Positions 34,878-48,392 of a stretch of 64,000 nucleotides of DNA are shown here, piece by piece (positions within the stretch are counted from its first letter, which is position 1; the number at the start of each line of letters is the position of its first letter). The DNA is from Holothuria leucospilota (Eukaryota). The notes beneath the pieces are model-generated. The model did no database searches. It worked only from the letters and a program-made list of their open reading frames with translations, and was not told the origin of the DNA. The stretch spans positions 6,912,493-6,976,492 of the forward strand of contig CM055976.1 of assembly GCA_029531755.1 (NCBI GenBank), written 5' to 3'. The translations under genes were made by a program, and so were the position numbers.

Positions 34878-36329
34878 GTAAGAATGTTTGAAGAATCTTG
34901 TTAAAGTGTACCTAAAGTCTAGAATTATAAGAATTTATATTTTAAAAGATTGGAAAATGAACTTCATTCATTCAACTCCCATTTTCATAGCTTACTCAGT
35001 TGCTGAGATATAAAATGTTTAAATTTATTCACTTTATTTGAAGTAGTCAATTGTGCAATAATTTTTGATGCCCTTCTTGTACAACTCCTATTACCTGCTT
35101 TTATTTCCTTTTGAAATTAAAATGTTTATATGACCTTGAAAAATTTACTATTGTCTGGCATGGCATGTTGTACACAAAGGTTTTGTATATTCAAGTCACC
35201 CTATAACAGTAAGAAAATGATCACATTTTGGAACAAGGTGCTGTGGCTTTTGGAAAAGCAAAAAAAAAGAATGTAATATGAGTGGAACAAGAATGAAATC
35301 ACACATTATTGCACAATGCACCATTTTAAATTGAGAGGATAAGCTTCATCTATTTCAGTCTCAATACTTTTCAAAAGTCCCCTGGACTCTCTGGCAAAGA
35401 GCCAAGGGATGAAACTAAACATTACTCCTGAAGGAGTTCTGCTCCCCAAAGGAGCTACGTCCCCAAGGGACAACAAACCTACAGTAACTGACCAACCTCT
35501 CGACCTTCAGACCTCTACATGCATGGTCCCATTCTTGACTGGCTGAAAAGAACAGATACTCTTTCTGTCTCAGCTCAGAAATTTCCTTTAAAGATGGGAG
35601 TTAGACTGTTTTGATTCATTTCATTTTTGAGCTTTGTAACTTATATTTTTGAAATTGTAGACTTTAGGTACACTTTAAATGTACTTTTTTGATTCCTTTG
35701 CTGAAGGCCAATTAGAGCTAGATCTTTAAGGTCTGGTGACATGCAAATTATCTAGTTGGATATTTTATGTAAAAAACATTAAAAATCCAGACAATAAATA
35801 CAGTTCCATCAAAATCCATCAATTATCAAGCACTTTACAGGGTAGTCTCTACTTCACACATGTGTCTTGAATAAAGATGAGCTTAATATGCAAATTTGTG
35901 ATTTTGAAAGCTGGTTTCACCACATATGGCTAATGTTTACCTTTTTCTTCTCCATCCTTCATTTCAAGGACAGTACTGGTATCCCTAAGGGATTTATTGC
36001 AGAAGTTAAAATTGTTTTCTTGAAAGTTATTATACTATCAGTCACCAAACTGAAAACTGATGAGGAACTAGAAGATCATTTTTGTAGGATAGATAAGAAA
36101 TGCTGGCACCATGCATGCAACACTCCACATCATTATTTTGGCATATGGAATGAGTTACTCCAGAAGCCATAAAACTGAAAAGGTGTATCCTGAGAAAAGT
36201 AAAAGATATTTAAATAATTTCAATGGATCATTACCAAGTGAAAAAGCAATTTTTGTGGTGCATGTCACCATAACTTTTTGAGTCCATGCAGATGGTAAAG
36301 GAATGTATGCAATCAAATGGGGTGTGTAA

Positions 36330-37450
36330 GGTGTATCCCTTGTGTGTGCGTGTGTGTTTGTGTATGTGATGCTTTGCTTTTAAACAGGAAGTCTTGAGAG
36401 GCGTAAGCTTGAGATCTCATACTGGACATGTGCACACCCCATATTGAGTAGATGATCTCTGTTGTTTTTAGTGGAGGTCAAAGGTCACCTGGGGTCACCA
36501 TAAGTCAAACTATAAAAGCAATGAAGAAAAACTTGTAGACAGGATATCCCGAAAAGGGAAATTTGAATTATACGTTCATAGTTGGATGTGGATATAGCAT
36601 ATTCAAGTTTAAGTAGATGATCACTACTAATTTTTGGTGAAGGTCAAAGGTCATTTGGGGTCACCAGAGGTCATATAGCTTGAAAACTTTTCACAAACTC
36701 AGTATCTCAAGGTGGACAAGCTTGAGGGATATGATACTTGCATGTAGGTACTACATGTTGAGATGGTGATCCTTATTGTTTTTGATGTAGGTCAGTGGTC
36801 ATCTATGGTCACCAGAGGTCATATTTTTAAAATCTTAAAACTTGCTTGTAAACATTTAATTTCCAGATGGGTAAGGGTAAGGGATCTCATATTTGCCATG
36901 TGAATACTTCATACTGATCAGATGATCCTAAAGATTTTTGTGTAGGTGAAAGGTCATTTGGTGACACTAGAAGTCAAAATGTGGAAAATGGTGTTGATAT
37001 GATATCTCAAGAAGGAAAATGTATACGAATCTCAGTTTCCCAGTTGGGTTTTCTGCATTGATCATATGGTTTCTATAATGTTTGGTGGAGGTCAAAGGTC
37101 ATTTGGGATAAGTAGAACTCAAACTGTAGAAACTATGATAATTGTTTTTTTATAATACATGATATCTCAAGATGGGTAACATTGGTGGATCTCATGTGGA
37201 CACTCCATATTGATTAGATGATCTCTATTGTGTTTGGTGGCCAGGGTCAAAGGTTACTTGAGCTCATCAGAGGTCAGAACTGTGAAAACTTTGTAAACAT
37301 CATTTAAAGAAGGGAAACTTCAGTTAAGCTCATACAGGTTTGTGAGTGCCCCACATTAAGTAGAAATAAGTTCAAGATTTTGATGGTTTTGTTAGAGGTC
37401 ATTTAGGTTCACAGAAGTCCAACAGGAGGAACCTTTAATAACTGCCTGAA
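36330..37450 (+). repeat. Satellite array (GT-rich head remnant plus about 7 diverged B-type monomers)
   Basis: gtgtgcgtgtgtgtttgtgtatgtgatgctttgcttttaaacagg...ggtggaggtcaaaggtcacctggggtcaccataagtcaaac, repeating with a period of about 150 bp. Confidence 0.7.
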
Positions 37451-38202
37451 AATCCAATATCGCAAGATACATATTCAGTGAGGGACCTTAAAATCTTGAT
37501 GTGATATTTGAAGTTAAGGAAAATGTCCATTTGAATCTCATATTTGGAGGCATGTATACTCCATATTGAGGTCAGTAAATATTTTATTATTTGATATTTC
37601 GTTAAAAGGTAGCTAGGACTTTATTTCCTTTATTTTGCATTTGTCAACATGTTAAAACCTTTATTTTATATTATACAACCTTTCAAAAAACCTTTACTTT
37701 GTTGAAAAGGCTGTGGGAGCAGTTTAAATGTAAAATTCATGATTTGAAAGTCAGAGTACTTATATACTTTAAGAGCTAAGGAATCACTTAATCCTTTGCA
37801 TGCTCTTTGTGATATTTGATACTTCAGTTTAAGACCCTAGTCAGCAATTTGGCTTCTCTTTTTTGGTTTCAGTAATAAGAGCAACTTTTGAATTCATGAT
37901 GATGTTTGTTTGTGACAGAGTTTTGGTTGGTTAGGGTGTGTACGTATAACACTTTGCTTGTAAGCTCACTATTTCAAGGAGGATCTAGCTGAGAGATCTG
38001 TGCACAGCATATTCAGACCCACAATACTACTGGGACAAAAAAATTGGGAAGGGCCACTCTTTACTCTAGTCATTACTCTCTCATTGTAACATTCCTGTAT
38101 CTGCCTTAGTGTCCAGCAATGATTTGTTCTATTATGGACAGAAGGAACTGCAACGTGTTGTCATTTCTGTAATAGACCTTTAGGGGGAAACTCTCACCAT
38201 TT

Positions 38203-39073
38203 TGGCAATACAGTAAAACCCCGTTTATCCGAACACATCGGGACCGAAGGTTGTTTGGATAATGAAAAAATTTGGATAAACGAGGTTCCAAGTTTTTGCC
38301 TCAAGTATGGTACACTGGATCCATAAGACAGTGTGTCAACACTTTTCCAAAATAATTCCGAAAAGGCTAAAAATTGCTCACAAAATCCCCCAGAATATTT
38401 CGTTACTATTTTTTGTGACCGATGATATGACAAATAAATTTTTAGACTTCTAAAACAGAGAGATTTTGTTCTTAAAATTCGAGCCTTCGTTCGTCTGAAT
38501 AACCAATGCTTTCTACACACTAAATGAGTGTGTGGGCTAAAGAAAAGCTGTAACGATCTGGAGAGGTATCTAGAGTATAAATTCTGCATAAATTTCCAAA
38601 ACTGTTAGAGATACATGTGTAGGAGACTCTCAAACAGCAGTTTGCAATGTTTTTGTAAGGTCTACTTCCGTTATTTTTAGGTATGAAGCTCACTACATTA
38701 CTAACTTTTCAGATTTAGTGAAACTAGGACTTACGCTAGCCTAACGTATTTTTGTAATAGAGGATATTGAGCCTATACCGACTCATGGCTCCTAACAAGA
38801 ATTTCAAAGCAAATACGTACGATATTTCTTCCAAATTTGACAAAGAGATAACTGATTGTTTTTTATGTCCACATGTCGGCTGTTTTGGCCATCATGACAT
38901 CTTTCCATGACTTTTAAAGTCCCAAGAAAATTTAGTGCATTTCTGCAAAAATTTACGTTGAATTTTGCCTTGTAAAGCACTGAAAACTTGGTGGATACTA
39001 CCGTACTACTAATTGTGTTGACTATTATTGTTGTTAAATCTGTCGGCTAGTTCGGATAAACGGGGTTTTACTG
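38203..39073. mobile_element. Tc1/mariner-like non-autonomous element (MITE) with 24-bp TIRs and a TA target-site duplication
   Basis: Left TIR cagtaaaaccccgtttatccgaac (38203-38226) is the exact reverse complement of gttcggataaacggggttttactg (39050-39073). TA lies immediately outside both ends (38201-38202 and 39074-39075). There is no transposase ORF inside. Confidence 0.6.
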
Positions 39074-39201
39074 TACAAGAATGGGTAAGCTAATTCTTTG
39101 GGGCACACACAAACTTGGTCATATAGTTTTAAGTTTCCTGTATTGTAATATCATTTTCATAAGTATTTTTGGTAGAAGTCCAAACTACCCATGTGGGTAA
39201 G

Positions 39202-39386
39202 CAGGGAATGATTTATCCGGTATCGCATCGCAGTTTGCTACACAAGCTGGTCAAATTGCTACACAAATGCAGAAATGTGTAGCACTTTTTTGTGTGAATA
39301 ACCATAGGGTTTTCAGTGATTTTACGCTACAGAAGGAAAAATTCTCATAACTGCTATGCAAAATTTGAATACTAAATTATTCCCTG
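39202..39386. mobile_element. Second copy of the same MITE family, with 5-bp TSD GTAAG
   Basis: cagggaatgattta ... aaattattccctg, flanked by gtaag on both sides (39197-39201 and 39387-39391). It aligns with 27479-27662 over its whole length. Confidence 0.55.
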
Positions 39387-40129
39387 GTAAGTAAAGGTTT
39401 ACTACATGGTAACTGATGGTGCTATGAACAGATAAAGAAGCAAAACAAAAAAGAAAGGAACCTATACATACAGCCGCTCAGCTAGCTGCTGATGTCATAT
39501 TGCACTCCTTATATGTTTATAATACTAACTATATTCTAAAATAAGTTACTATGTATGCTTTCACAGAAAAGGGAACCAAAACGGAAGGGTAAGAACTTTC
39601 CTCTAATCTTCCAATTTAGTAACCAGTGGACTTTTCCGGGGGAAGAATGATTTCCAATCTACAGTACACTTTAGCATTCATGTTGCTTAAGACTTTTAAA
39701 GGCTGTAGGAGATGCATCACATTTCTGAATGTGTGCTTTATAACCTGCTATTACAGAGCTGGTGAGGGTGCATGTACACACCCCTTCCCCCAACCTCCCA
39801 AAAAAGTTGGGAAAGAATAAAGAACAGGTGGAACTGGCCACATGAAATTGATGGAAACATAACTATGCTACATATTATTCCATGCATGTTGTTGTCTAGA
39901 TCTTGAAGGAATTTTGGAGAAGTTCTGCCAGTTCCTGATTCAGCAATGATGCTCTGAATAAAAGGAGAGCATGTTATTTCATTCATAAATGAAGACAAGA
40001 TAATTAAACCTAGTATTATTTGTGGCTGTGGTGTGGTTATTGTCAGTCAGTATGGAAACATATACTGGATCAATTTTCCTTCTTCAGAAACTGCAGACTG
40101 ACCAATTCAAACATCAAACAACATCACAG

Positions 40130-40303
40130 GAAAGCGATAGGTGGATAGGTGGTGAACCTCCACCTCCACCTCCACCACGTGGAGGTGGTCGACCTGCACC
40201 ACTTCCTGTTGGTCGTCAACGTCCAAGACCTCTTGCAAGTGCTCCACCTCCACCAATACCCCCATCACATCAGCGATATGGTTCATCTTTGCCTCCACCA
40301 CCT
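40130..40303 (+). CDS. Exon-like block C, poly-proline rich (GGEPPPPPPPRGGGRPAPLPVGRQRPRPLASAPPPPIPP...LPPPP). The boundaries are uncertain, with alternatives being an acceptor at 40086|40087 and a donor at 40414|40415
   Basis: Perfect donor CCT|gtaagt at 40304. A phase-0-compatible acceptor acatcacag|GAAAGC at 40129. A stronger polypyrimidine acceptor ttttccttcttcag|AAACTG at 40086 would give phase 2. The open frame runs 40022-40447. Confidence 0.35.
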
Positions 40304-40611
40304 GTAAGTGGTGCACCTCTACCTCCACCGCTTCCTCCAGGCCGTGCTTCACCCCAGAAATCTTCAGAGTTTGTTCCAGATTCAGGTTTAATACGTAGGG
40401 GATCAGGGAAAAGGGTAGGAACCTTAGAAGTATTTTGTCAAAGTTAATTCATATTTGATATGAGTTCAATGTTAGGTCCTCTGTGTACAGAAAGGTTGTA
40501 GCTAATCTCAGGCCTATAAAGAACCATATGTGTACCAAAGAAAATGGATGTGATGATAGTGCATCTGTAACATCTTGCAGCACATCTTTACTATATTGAT
40601 CAAGATTATTC

Positions 40612-41473
40612 TTTTTTTGATTCCTTGCCGAAGGCCGAAGGAATCTATGCAATGGTGATGTCGTGTGAGTGTGGGTGCACTCACAAACGTGGCCTTAGCA
40701 GGTACCAGGGCAGCCGGCGAGAGCTCTCCTAGCTTACGCGTGGCTCAATTGGCGTAGCAGCCCGAAAATTCGGTCACTGCGAAGAGAAATTACATACACG
40801 CAGCTGCAGGTGTTTGCCTTGGAGTGCAGCCCGCCCTCAAGCACGTCCGTCTACTCGGCTCCTTCTGGGGCAGCTTCACTGCTGGGAATTTCCCTTGCAT
40901 TCCCTACGGGGTCCTTTGCCAGTACCTCATAAGGCATCGAGTGTGCATGTGGGTATGTGTGTGTGTATGTGACACTTTTGCTTGTAAACACGATATCTCA
41001 AGAAGGGTAACTCTGAGGGATCTCATACTTAGCCTGTGAATTGCCCATATTGAGTAGATGATCTCTATTATTTTTGGTGGTCAACGGTCATTTGGGGTCA
41101 CCAGAGGTAGAAAGGTTAAATCCTTGTGAACACTATTTCAAGAAGGTTAAATGTGAGGGATCTCATACTAAGCATGTGGATTGCCCATACTGTGTAATTT
41201 TTTGTGCAGGTCAAAGGTCATTTGAGGTCATTTGAGGTCAAAACCTAGTAAACATGATATTTTAAGGAGGATAAATATGAGGGATCCCATACTTGGCCTG
41301 TGGATTGTTTATATTTAGCTTGTAGGTCATTTTTGGGTGACAAGATTTCAGAAGCTTTTGACCTTATTAACATGATATCTCAAGTAGAATAACTGTGTGG
41401 GATCTCATACTTGATTCATGTTTGTACAATATATCCATATGGCAAGGAATCACTAAGCCTTTTGGCTTTCTGG
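40612..41473 (+). repeat. Complete short composite element holding a hairpin head (gattccttgcc..ggaaggaatc) with the ~255-bp inserted segment at 40688-40945, 3 B-type monomers and tail type 1 (41437-41473)
   Basis: Head ttttttgattccttgccgaaggccgaaggaatctatgcaatggtgatgtcgtgtg. Tail ggcaaggaatcactaagccttttggctttctggt. Confidence 0.7.
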
Positions 41474-43101
41474 TGAGGCTAAATAGTTTCAGATGTAGTT
41501 CTAGGGTGGCCATGCATCTGACTTTTTGCCAGATTGTCCAGCTTTTGGGCAGCTTGCCCACTGTTGGGTGTTATTTGATGCCAGACATTGATTTGTCCTC
41601 CTTTTTGGAGGTCTGCAAGATCACAGTGAAAATCTTTTAGGTAATATGAAGGAAAAGATAAATCAGAATTGAATTCATACCTATCACATAAAGCTATTGT
41701 GATGTGAAAATTGATTCTGCAGATATATCTCAAAATATTAGCAGTATTCTGATCAGCCACATTCTGTGCGCTTTCAAAAGTAGTAGGTTGTGACAGTTTT
41801 CCAAAACTTTATACAAGGATATCACATAAGAAGGTAGCATAAGAAGTTCTGTCTGAACCATGTTTTGATCTCAGCGTATTGCATGTGGCCAGTATTGTAG
41901 AAATGAATGCTGTGTCAACCCAAATAATTTTATGCAAAGCAGCATTGGTGTTGAAGATGCAATTGTACTTACAAAAAGTTCAGTTTGAGACCAGCATTAC
42001 TGATATTAGATGAATGGTTGGTGTGAAAGTATGAGTTGAATGCTTAGGCTTATTGCAAAGATTTGTTGACACCTCAAGCCATTTGCGTAGGGGACGGAGA
42101 TGAGGGATTAGCTCTTCTTGCAAAATTTTTGGCCTCAATGAAAGAAAATTTCAAGTCACCGTTGCCTTAATACATTTTAAAAATTTCACTCTCTTAAAAG
42201 ATGTTTGCCCCCGACCCCTTAATGCCTTGTCTGGCTATGGGCCTGTGACATGCATCTGTGATTGAGAATTTCTCCCTTATTTCATTTTTCTTAAAACTGT
42301 CACTGTAACCTTTAAGAAGTGTTTCTCTTGCTGAGTCCAAGGATGTGAGATCAGAGTTCATTTAAGGCTTTTTCACCCACAACTAACAATGGATCTTCTT
42401 TAAAGTTGGTCAGAGTAACTCTTGAATAGTGACACAGATAAGGTGTACAAGAACTTTTCATTTGGGCCTATGTATGTTTGTCTGAAATAAGGTAAAACAT
42501 TTTTATACGTCACGGATACATCAGATTTGCAAATGACAGTGCTAAATGATGAACTGCTTTAAGTTCTGTTTGACACATACATTGCTTGAGGGAATGATTC
42601 TGTTGGCATCATAATTCATCATCATGCATGAGTTGTAAAATTATTTGCTCTACTGGGAACTGTGTATTCTAAGTTCCTTTTGGCACCAGAGAGCTAATGC
42701 CAGATTGTTTACTAACTGTAGTGTTGTATATTGTGTGTAAAGACCAGAAGCTACTGGACTTTTAGATGATGCAAGGAGTTGTGATTAAAAGGAGATCTAG
42801 CAGTTTTTGGTTTCGATGAAAAGAGAAACCTATGCAGTCATGATGGCATGTGTGTAAATGTGTGCATGTGTGTGTGAGTGGTGAGTGAGTGTACTTACTT
42901 TCCATTCAGATTGAGGACCTAAACAATGGATTTCAGGTCCTTAGAAGGAAATACAATAGATTTCTCATGTCCTCAGAAGTTTAACAATGGACAGTCTATT
43001 GTTAAAGTTAGGGTTAAGGAAGCAAACACAATAGAGAAAACAATGAGGTCCTCAAACAGTATGTAAAGCACAACTGTGTGTGTGGGTGTGTGTATGTTTG
43101 T

Positions 43102-43167
43102 GACACTTTTTGATTCCTTGCCGTAGGCAGGCAAGGAATCTATGCGATGGTGATGTCGTGTGTGTGT

Positions 43168-43198
<31 letters not shown>

Positions 43199-45391
43199 GG
43201 TGCGTGTGTGTGTGTATGTGTGTTTGTGACGCTGCTTGTAATCGCGATATCTCAAGATAGGATTGACCAACACTTTTCATATTTGGTATATAGATTTGTC
43301 ATGTTGAGAGGAAGAACCCTATTGTTTTTGGAGGAGGTCGAAGGTCATCGGAGGTCACCAGAGGTCAAAAACCGAAAACCTTGTAATCGCGTTATCTTGA
43401 GATAGGGATGACCGACACTTTTCATATTTGGTATATAGATTTGTCATGTTAAGAGGAAGAACCCTATTGTTTTTGGTAGAGGTCAAAGGTCATCTGAGGT
43501 CACCATAGGTTAAACTGCAAAAACCTCGTAAATGGCTTGTAATCGCGCTATCTTGAGTTAGCGATGACCGACACTTTTCATATTTGGTATATAGATTTGT
43601 CATGTTGAGAGGAAGAACCCTATTGTTTTTGGTGAAGGTCAAAGGTCATTTGAGGTCACCGGAGGTAGAAAGCCGAAAAGCTCGTAATCGCGATATCTCA
43701 AGATAGGAATGACAGACAATTTTCATATTTGATATATAGGTTTGTCATTTTGAGAGAAAGAATCCTATTGTTTTTGGTGGAGTTCAAAGGTCATTTGAGG
43801 TCACCAGAGGTGAAAGACCGAAAACCTTGAAATCACGATATTTCAAGATAGGAGTGGCCTGTATGGATTTGTCGTGTTGAGAGGAAGAACCCGATTAATT
43901 TTGGTAGAGGTCAAAGGTCATCTGAGGTCACCAGAGGTCAAAAACCAAAAAACCTTGTAATCGGGATATCTCGAGATAGGGATGACCGACACTTTTCATA
44001 TTTAGTATGTAGATTTGTCATGTTGAGAGGAAGAGCCCTGTTGTTTTTGGTGAAGGTGAAAGGTCACTTGGGGTCACCGGAGTTAAAAAGCCGTAAAGCT
44101 TGTTAATCATGATATCTCAAGATAGGAATGACAGACACTTTCATATTTGGTATATAGACTTGTTATGTTGAGAGAAAGAATCCTATTGTTTTTGATGGAG
44201 GTCAAAGGTCATTTGAGGTCACTAGAGGTCAAAGACCGAAAACCTTGAAATCGCCATATGTCAAGATGGGAATAGCCTATATAGATTTGTCATGTTGAGA
44301 GGAAGAATCCTATTGTTTTTGGTAGAGGTCAAAGGTCATCTGAGGTCACCAGAGGTTAAACTGCAAAAACCTTGTAAATGGCTTGTAAACACGATATCTC
44401 CACATAGCAATGACCGACACTTTTCTTATTTGGTACATAGATTTGTCATGTTGACAGGAAGAAGCCTTTTGTTTTTGTTGAAGGTCAAAGGTCATTTGAG
44501 ATCACTGGAGGTAAAAAGCTGAAAAGCTCATAATTATGATATCTCAAGATAGGAATGACCGACACTTTTCATATTTGGTATATAGATTTGTCATGATGTA
44601 AGGAAGAACCCTATTGTTTTTGGTGGAGGTCAAAGGTCATCTTGGGTTACCAAACGTCAAAAAGCAAAATTTCCCAAGATTTCCCAAGATTGTAATCTAG
44701 CATCACAGGGGTCAAAAGCATCATTTCCCAAGAATTCCCAAGATTGTTATGTGGGGTCACCAGAGGTCAAAAAGCAAAAATTCCCAAGATTGTTATATGG
44801 GGTCACCAGAGGTCAAAAAGCAAAATATCCCAAGAATTCCCATGATTGCAATCTGGCGTCACTGGGGTCAAAAATCAACATTTCCCAAGAATTCCCAAGA
44901 TCATCATCTCGAGTTATCAGAGGCCAAAAAGCAAAAGCAAAATTTCCCAAGAATTTCCAAGGTTGTTATATGGGGTCACCAGAGGTCAAAAAGCAAAATA
45001 TCCCAAGATAATGATATGGGGTCACCATTGGTCAAAAAGTGAAATTTCCCAAGAATTCCCAAGATAGTCATCAGGAGTCACCAGAGGTCAAACAGCAAAA
45101 TATCCCAAGTATTCCTAAGATCGTCATCTAGGGTCACCAGAGGTCAAAAAGCAAAATTTTCCAAGAATTTTCAAGATCCAAGATCCATTGGAGTTGAATC
45201 CCTTTCAAGACACTTCAGTTTTTCTCTTTTGTTATATTTGGTGGGGTTCAAAGGTCATGTGAGGTCAGCAGAGGTCAAATTGTTAAAACATAAAATGATG
45301 TAGTCAAGAAAGATTAATTTGAGGGATAAACCTCAGTGCAACAAAACGTCCCCATTCGGCAAGGAATCACTAAGCCTTTGGGCTTTCTGGT
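43102..45391 (+). repeat. Complete composite element (2.3 kb) with a perfect 11-bp-stem head hairpin, (GT)n, 9 C-type monomers (43260-44640), a 55-60-bp sub-repeat block (44640-45180) and tail type 1
   Basis: Head gattccttgcc-gtaggca-ggcaaggaatc (43102-43130). Tail ...cctcagtgcaacaaaacgtccccattcggcaaggaatcactaagcctttgggctttctggt (ends 45391). The tail carries ggcaaggaatc, so the two ends form an 11-bp terminal inverted repeat. Confidence 0.75.
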
Positions 45392-46650
45392 CTTGTTTAC
45401 ACAATATCTCAAGAAGGGAAACTCTGACAGTTCTCAAAGTTGGTAGGTAGATGCCCCATATTGAGAGGAAGAACCCTAATATTTTTGGTGGAGGTCAAAG
45501 GTCATTTGGGGTCACCAGGGGTCAAACTCTGAAAACCTTGTTTACACTATATCTCAAGTTAGGAAGCTTGGACAGATTTCTTACGTGGTATGTGGATGTA
45601 TTATGGTGAGAGGAAGAATCGTATTATTTTTGGTGGAGGTCAAAGGTCATTTGGGGTCACCAAGGGTCAAACTCTGGAAACCTTGTTTACACGATATCTC
45701 AAGGTAGGAAGGTTGGATAGATTTCATACTTAGTGTGTGGATGCATTATGGTGAGAGGAAAAACTTCTATTTTTGGTGGAGGTCAAAGGTCATTTTGGGT
45801 CACCAGGAGTCAAACTCTGAAAATCTTGTTTACACAGTATCTCAAGTTAGGAAGCCTGGATAGATTTCATACGTAGGATGTATATGCATAATGGTAAGAG
45901 GAAGAATGCTACTGTTTTTGGTGGAGGTCAAAGGTCACGTGGGGTCACTAGGTATCAAACTCTGGAAACCTTGTTTACATGATATCTCACAGTAGGAAGC
46001 TTGGATAGATATCATACTTGGCATGTGGATGCGTAATCTTCAGAGGTACAAGCATATTAATTTTTGGCGGAGGTCAAAGGTCATTTGTGATTACCAGGGG
46101 TCAAAGTCTGAAAACCTTGTTAACAGGACACCTCGAGGTAGGAAGTTTAGATAGATTTCATACGTAGTTTGTGGATACCTTAAGGTCAAAGGTGGAACCA
46201 TATCATTTTGGGGGGGAGGTTAAAGGTCAAATGGGTTCACTGGGGTCAACCTCTGAAAAGCTTGTTAGCATGATATCTCAAGGTAGGAAGCTTGGATAGA
46301 TTTCATGCATAGTATGTGGATGACTTATGGTGAGAGGAAGTACCCTATTTTTTATGGTGGAGGTCAAAGGTCATCTGGGTTCAAACTCTGAAAACCTTGT
46401 TTACAAGATAGCTCAAATTAGGAAGGTTGGATACTTCCCATGGTGTTGCATTTAATCCATCAGAAAACCCCTGTAAATTTTGTCAGAAATCAGAGGCCAG
46501 CTGAAATTACCAGAGGCCATTAAGCAAAAATGCCCGAGAATTCCCAAGGTCAAATATGAACATGAAACTGTAATTTTCCAGCACTTTAAGATCACATTCA
46601 ACCAATGACTGAAAGAAACAGGACATCTTGGCATTTTTATGGATTACACA
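45392..46650 (+). repeat. Satellite array (A-type monomers, 45400-46420) plus tail type 2 (46420-46650)
   Basis: Monomers ...ggtggaggtcaaaggtcatttggggtcaccaggggtcaaactctgaaaaccttgtttacac.atatctcaag.taggaagcttgga.agatttc.tac... The tail is related to 3470-3640. Confidence 0.8.
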
Positions 46651-48365
46651 CAGGGTTTTCGTTAACCCGAGCTCCCGGGTCTCAGACGCACAACAAGGTG
46701 CCTAGACGCTTGGAAGAAAATCCAGTTTGTCTCGTGGACGCATGATGTTCAGCCTTATATGCACAAAAATTGTAGCAAATTGTAACATACTGCACACTTG
46801 CAGTCAAAGTTTTTTTGAAGCTTCAAGCCTGCATATTTTAATATTTTACAGCGAATTTTTCAGTTTATGCCCACATACTACTGAAAGCAATATAATGTTG
46901 TAGGTCCATCATGCACGCCAATCATTAACACTCATATTGATGCTGTGCAGTGGTATACAAACGTACCGCGCTGTCAAAATAGGGAAGTAATTAATGTACG
47001 CAAACACCCATATATTAGGCTAGCCAAGTGTTACTTGAAGTTCAAGTGAAGAGCACACTGCACATGCACAGTAATGGCTCGAAAATTCTATGCGCCATTA
47101 GCCCGAGGCTCGCAGCTCGCTATTCAAATGTTAGGGCTTCCAAAATTCATGATTAAAATTGCCTGTCGGGCTAAAGCTGCGAACACTGCAAAACCTCTGT
47201 AGGCCCGCTACTTATGGGATGAGAAGTAAGAAGAGTAAAAATGTTGCTGCTGTACCTACCCTGTTGTATTTCTTCTCAATTTAAAGGGGAATTTTCATGA
47301 TCCCAGACAGTTCCAATTCTCCCAACTATGCATCTTCTAGCTCCTCCCATATAACTGTATGAGGCTCTTCCTTGTGCAAGAATAAACCTGTTTTATTGCT
47401 TAAGGTCATGTCCTGGTGAGCATACAAGGCTATAAATTGTAATAAAAGTACTCTCTCTGCCTTGTGTGGAATGTGAGCTACTCTGCATCTTTCAAATTTT
47501 CAAACTTTGATGTCAATCAAAGAGCAGTCACCAACTGAGAATTTTGATATACATACACTAAAAATATACTTTGGGGTGATGACTGTCTGTCTTTAAACCT
47601 TAATCATAGCCTAACTCTTTAAAAAATGAACGGTAAAACGGAAACCGAAGCACACAGTAGTTCAATGCAATTACTTGGCTATTTCACACTATCCTATCGT
47701 GCATTACATATGGTTGTAGAGTGTAGGTCTAACACGTTATTGTTTCATACAGCAGTACGGAATGCATGATGTGGTATATATCTATACGTATATGTATTTG
47801 ATACTGTGCATAAATTAATGAAGCTTGTACTGTTCTGTTTAAGCATGAGTTCGAGTGTATCAAACTTTCTTGGACAGCTAGCTCACGTTTCAGGTAGGCC
47901 TATCTTAATTTTGCAAATAATGTAAAAAGCACAATTTATATCATAGGAATAAACATGCATTTTTTGTAAAAAAAAAGCACCCACCGTTATTACTGCAAAA
48001 TATGACTAATAACGGCAATTTTAGCAGTACGAGCAGCGATCGAAAGCATACTCTACTCTCCTGAACCATACCTTACGGTCTTACCCACATACATATACGT
48101 ACATTTCTCTACAGACCTCGTGCGTAGATTTATGTAAGGGCGTTTGCATTTAATTACAAAACTACACATGCACACCAAACTTTGCCGGCTTCGCCGTTCA
48201 TTTCACTTGAACCTGGCCTATGGTATCACGTACATTACAGTCCTATACCAAACTTAGTACGGTTTTTAACCGCAAACTCTTTTTGCTCTCTTGTCCTGGA
48301 TATGACGTTAAAGTGCATCTGGGTGGGGTGAGGAGGTAGTGTGTGGCGACTAGTTTGTCCCCACC

Positions 48366-48392
48366 TATCGCCTATAAAATGCGCACGATAGC
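48366..48392 (+). promoter_or_regulatory. TATA-box-like element (cgcctataaaatgcgcacgatagcg) inside a CpG-rich non-repetitive island
   Basis: A TATAAAA core embedded in a short palindrome (tatcgc...gcgata). The surrounding 46.65-49.5 kb region is unique sequence with clearly higher CpG density than the rest of the window. Confidence 0.2.

Noticed and set aside
40107-40352. 81-aa minus-strand ORF rich in V/E/H (MKHGLEEAVEVEVHHLQVVE...)
   Set aside because: It is the antisense shadow of the poly-proline (CCN)n coding tract, since GGN repeats read on the other strand give V/E/G.
40304-40369. A 66-nt interval bounded by a perfect GTAAGT and CCCCAG inside the poly-proline block, as a possible micro-intron
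   Set aside because: Its length is a multiple of 3 and the interval itself encodes more PLPPPLPP in frame. It cannot be distinguished from coding sequence without transcript data. It is kept as the proposed donor for block C but not called an intron.
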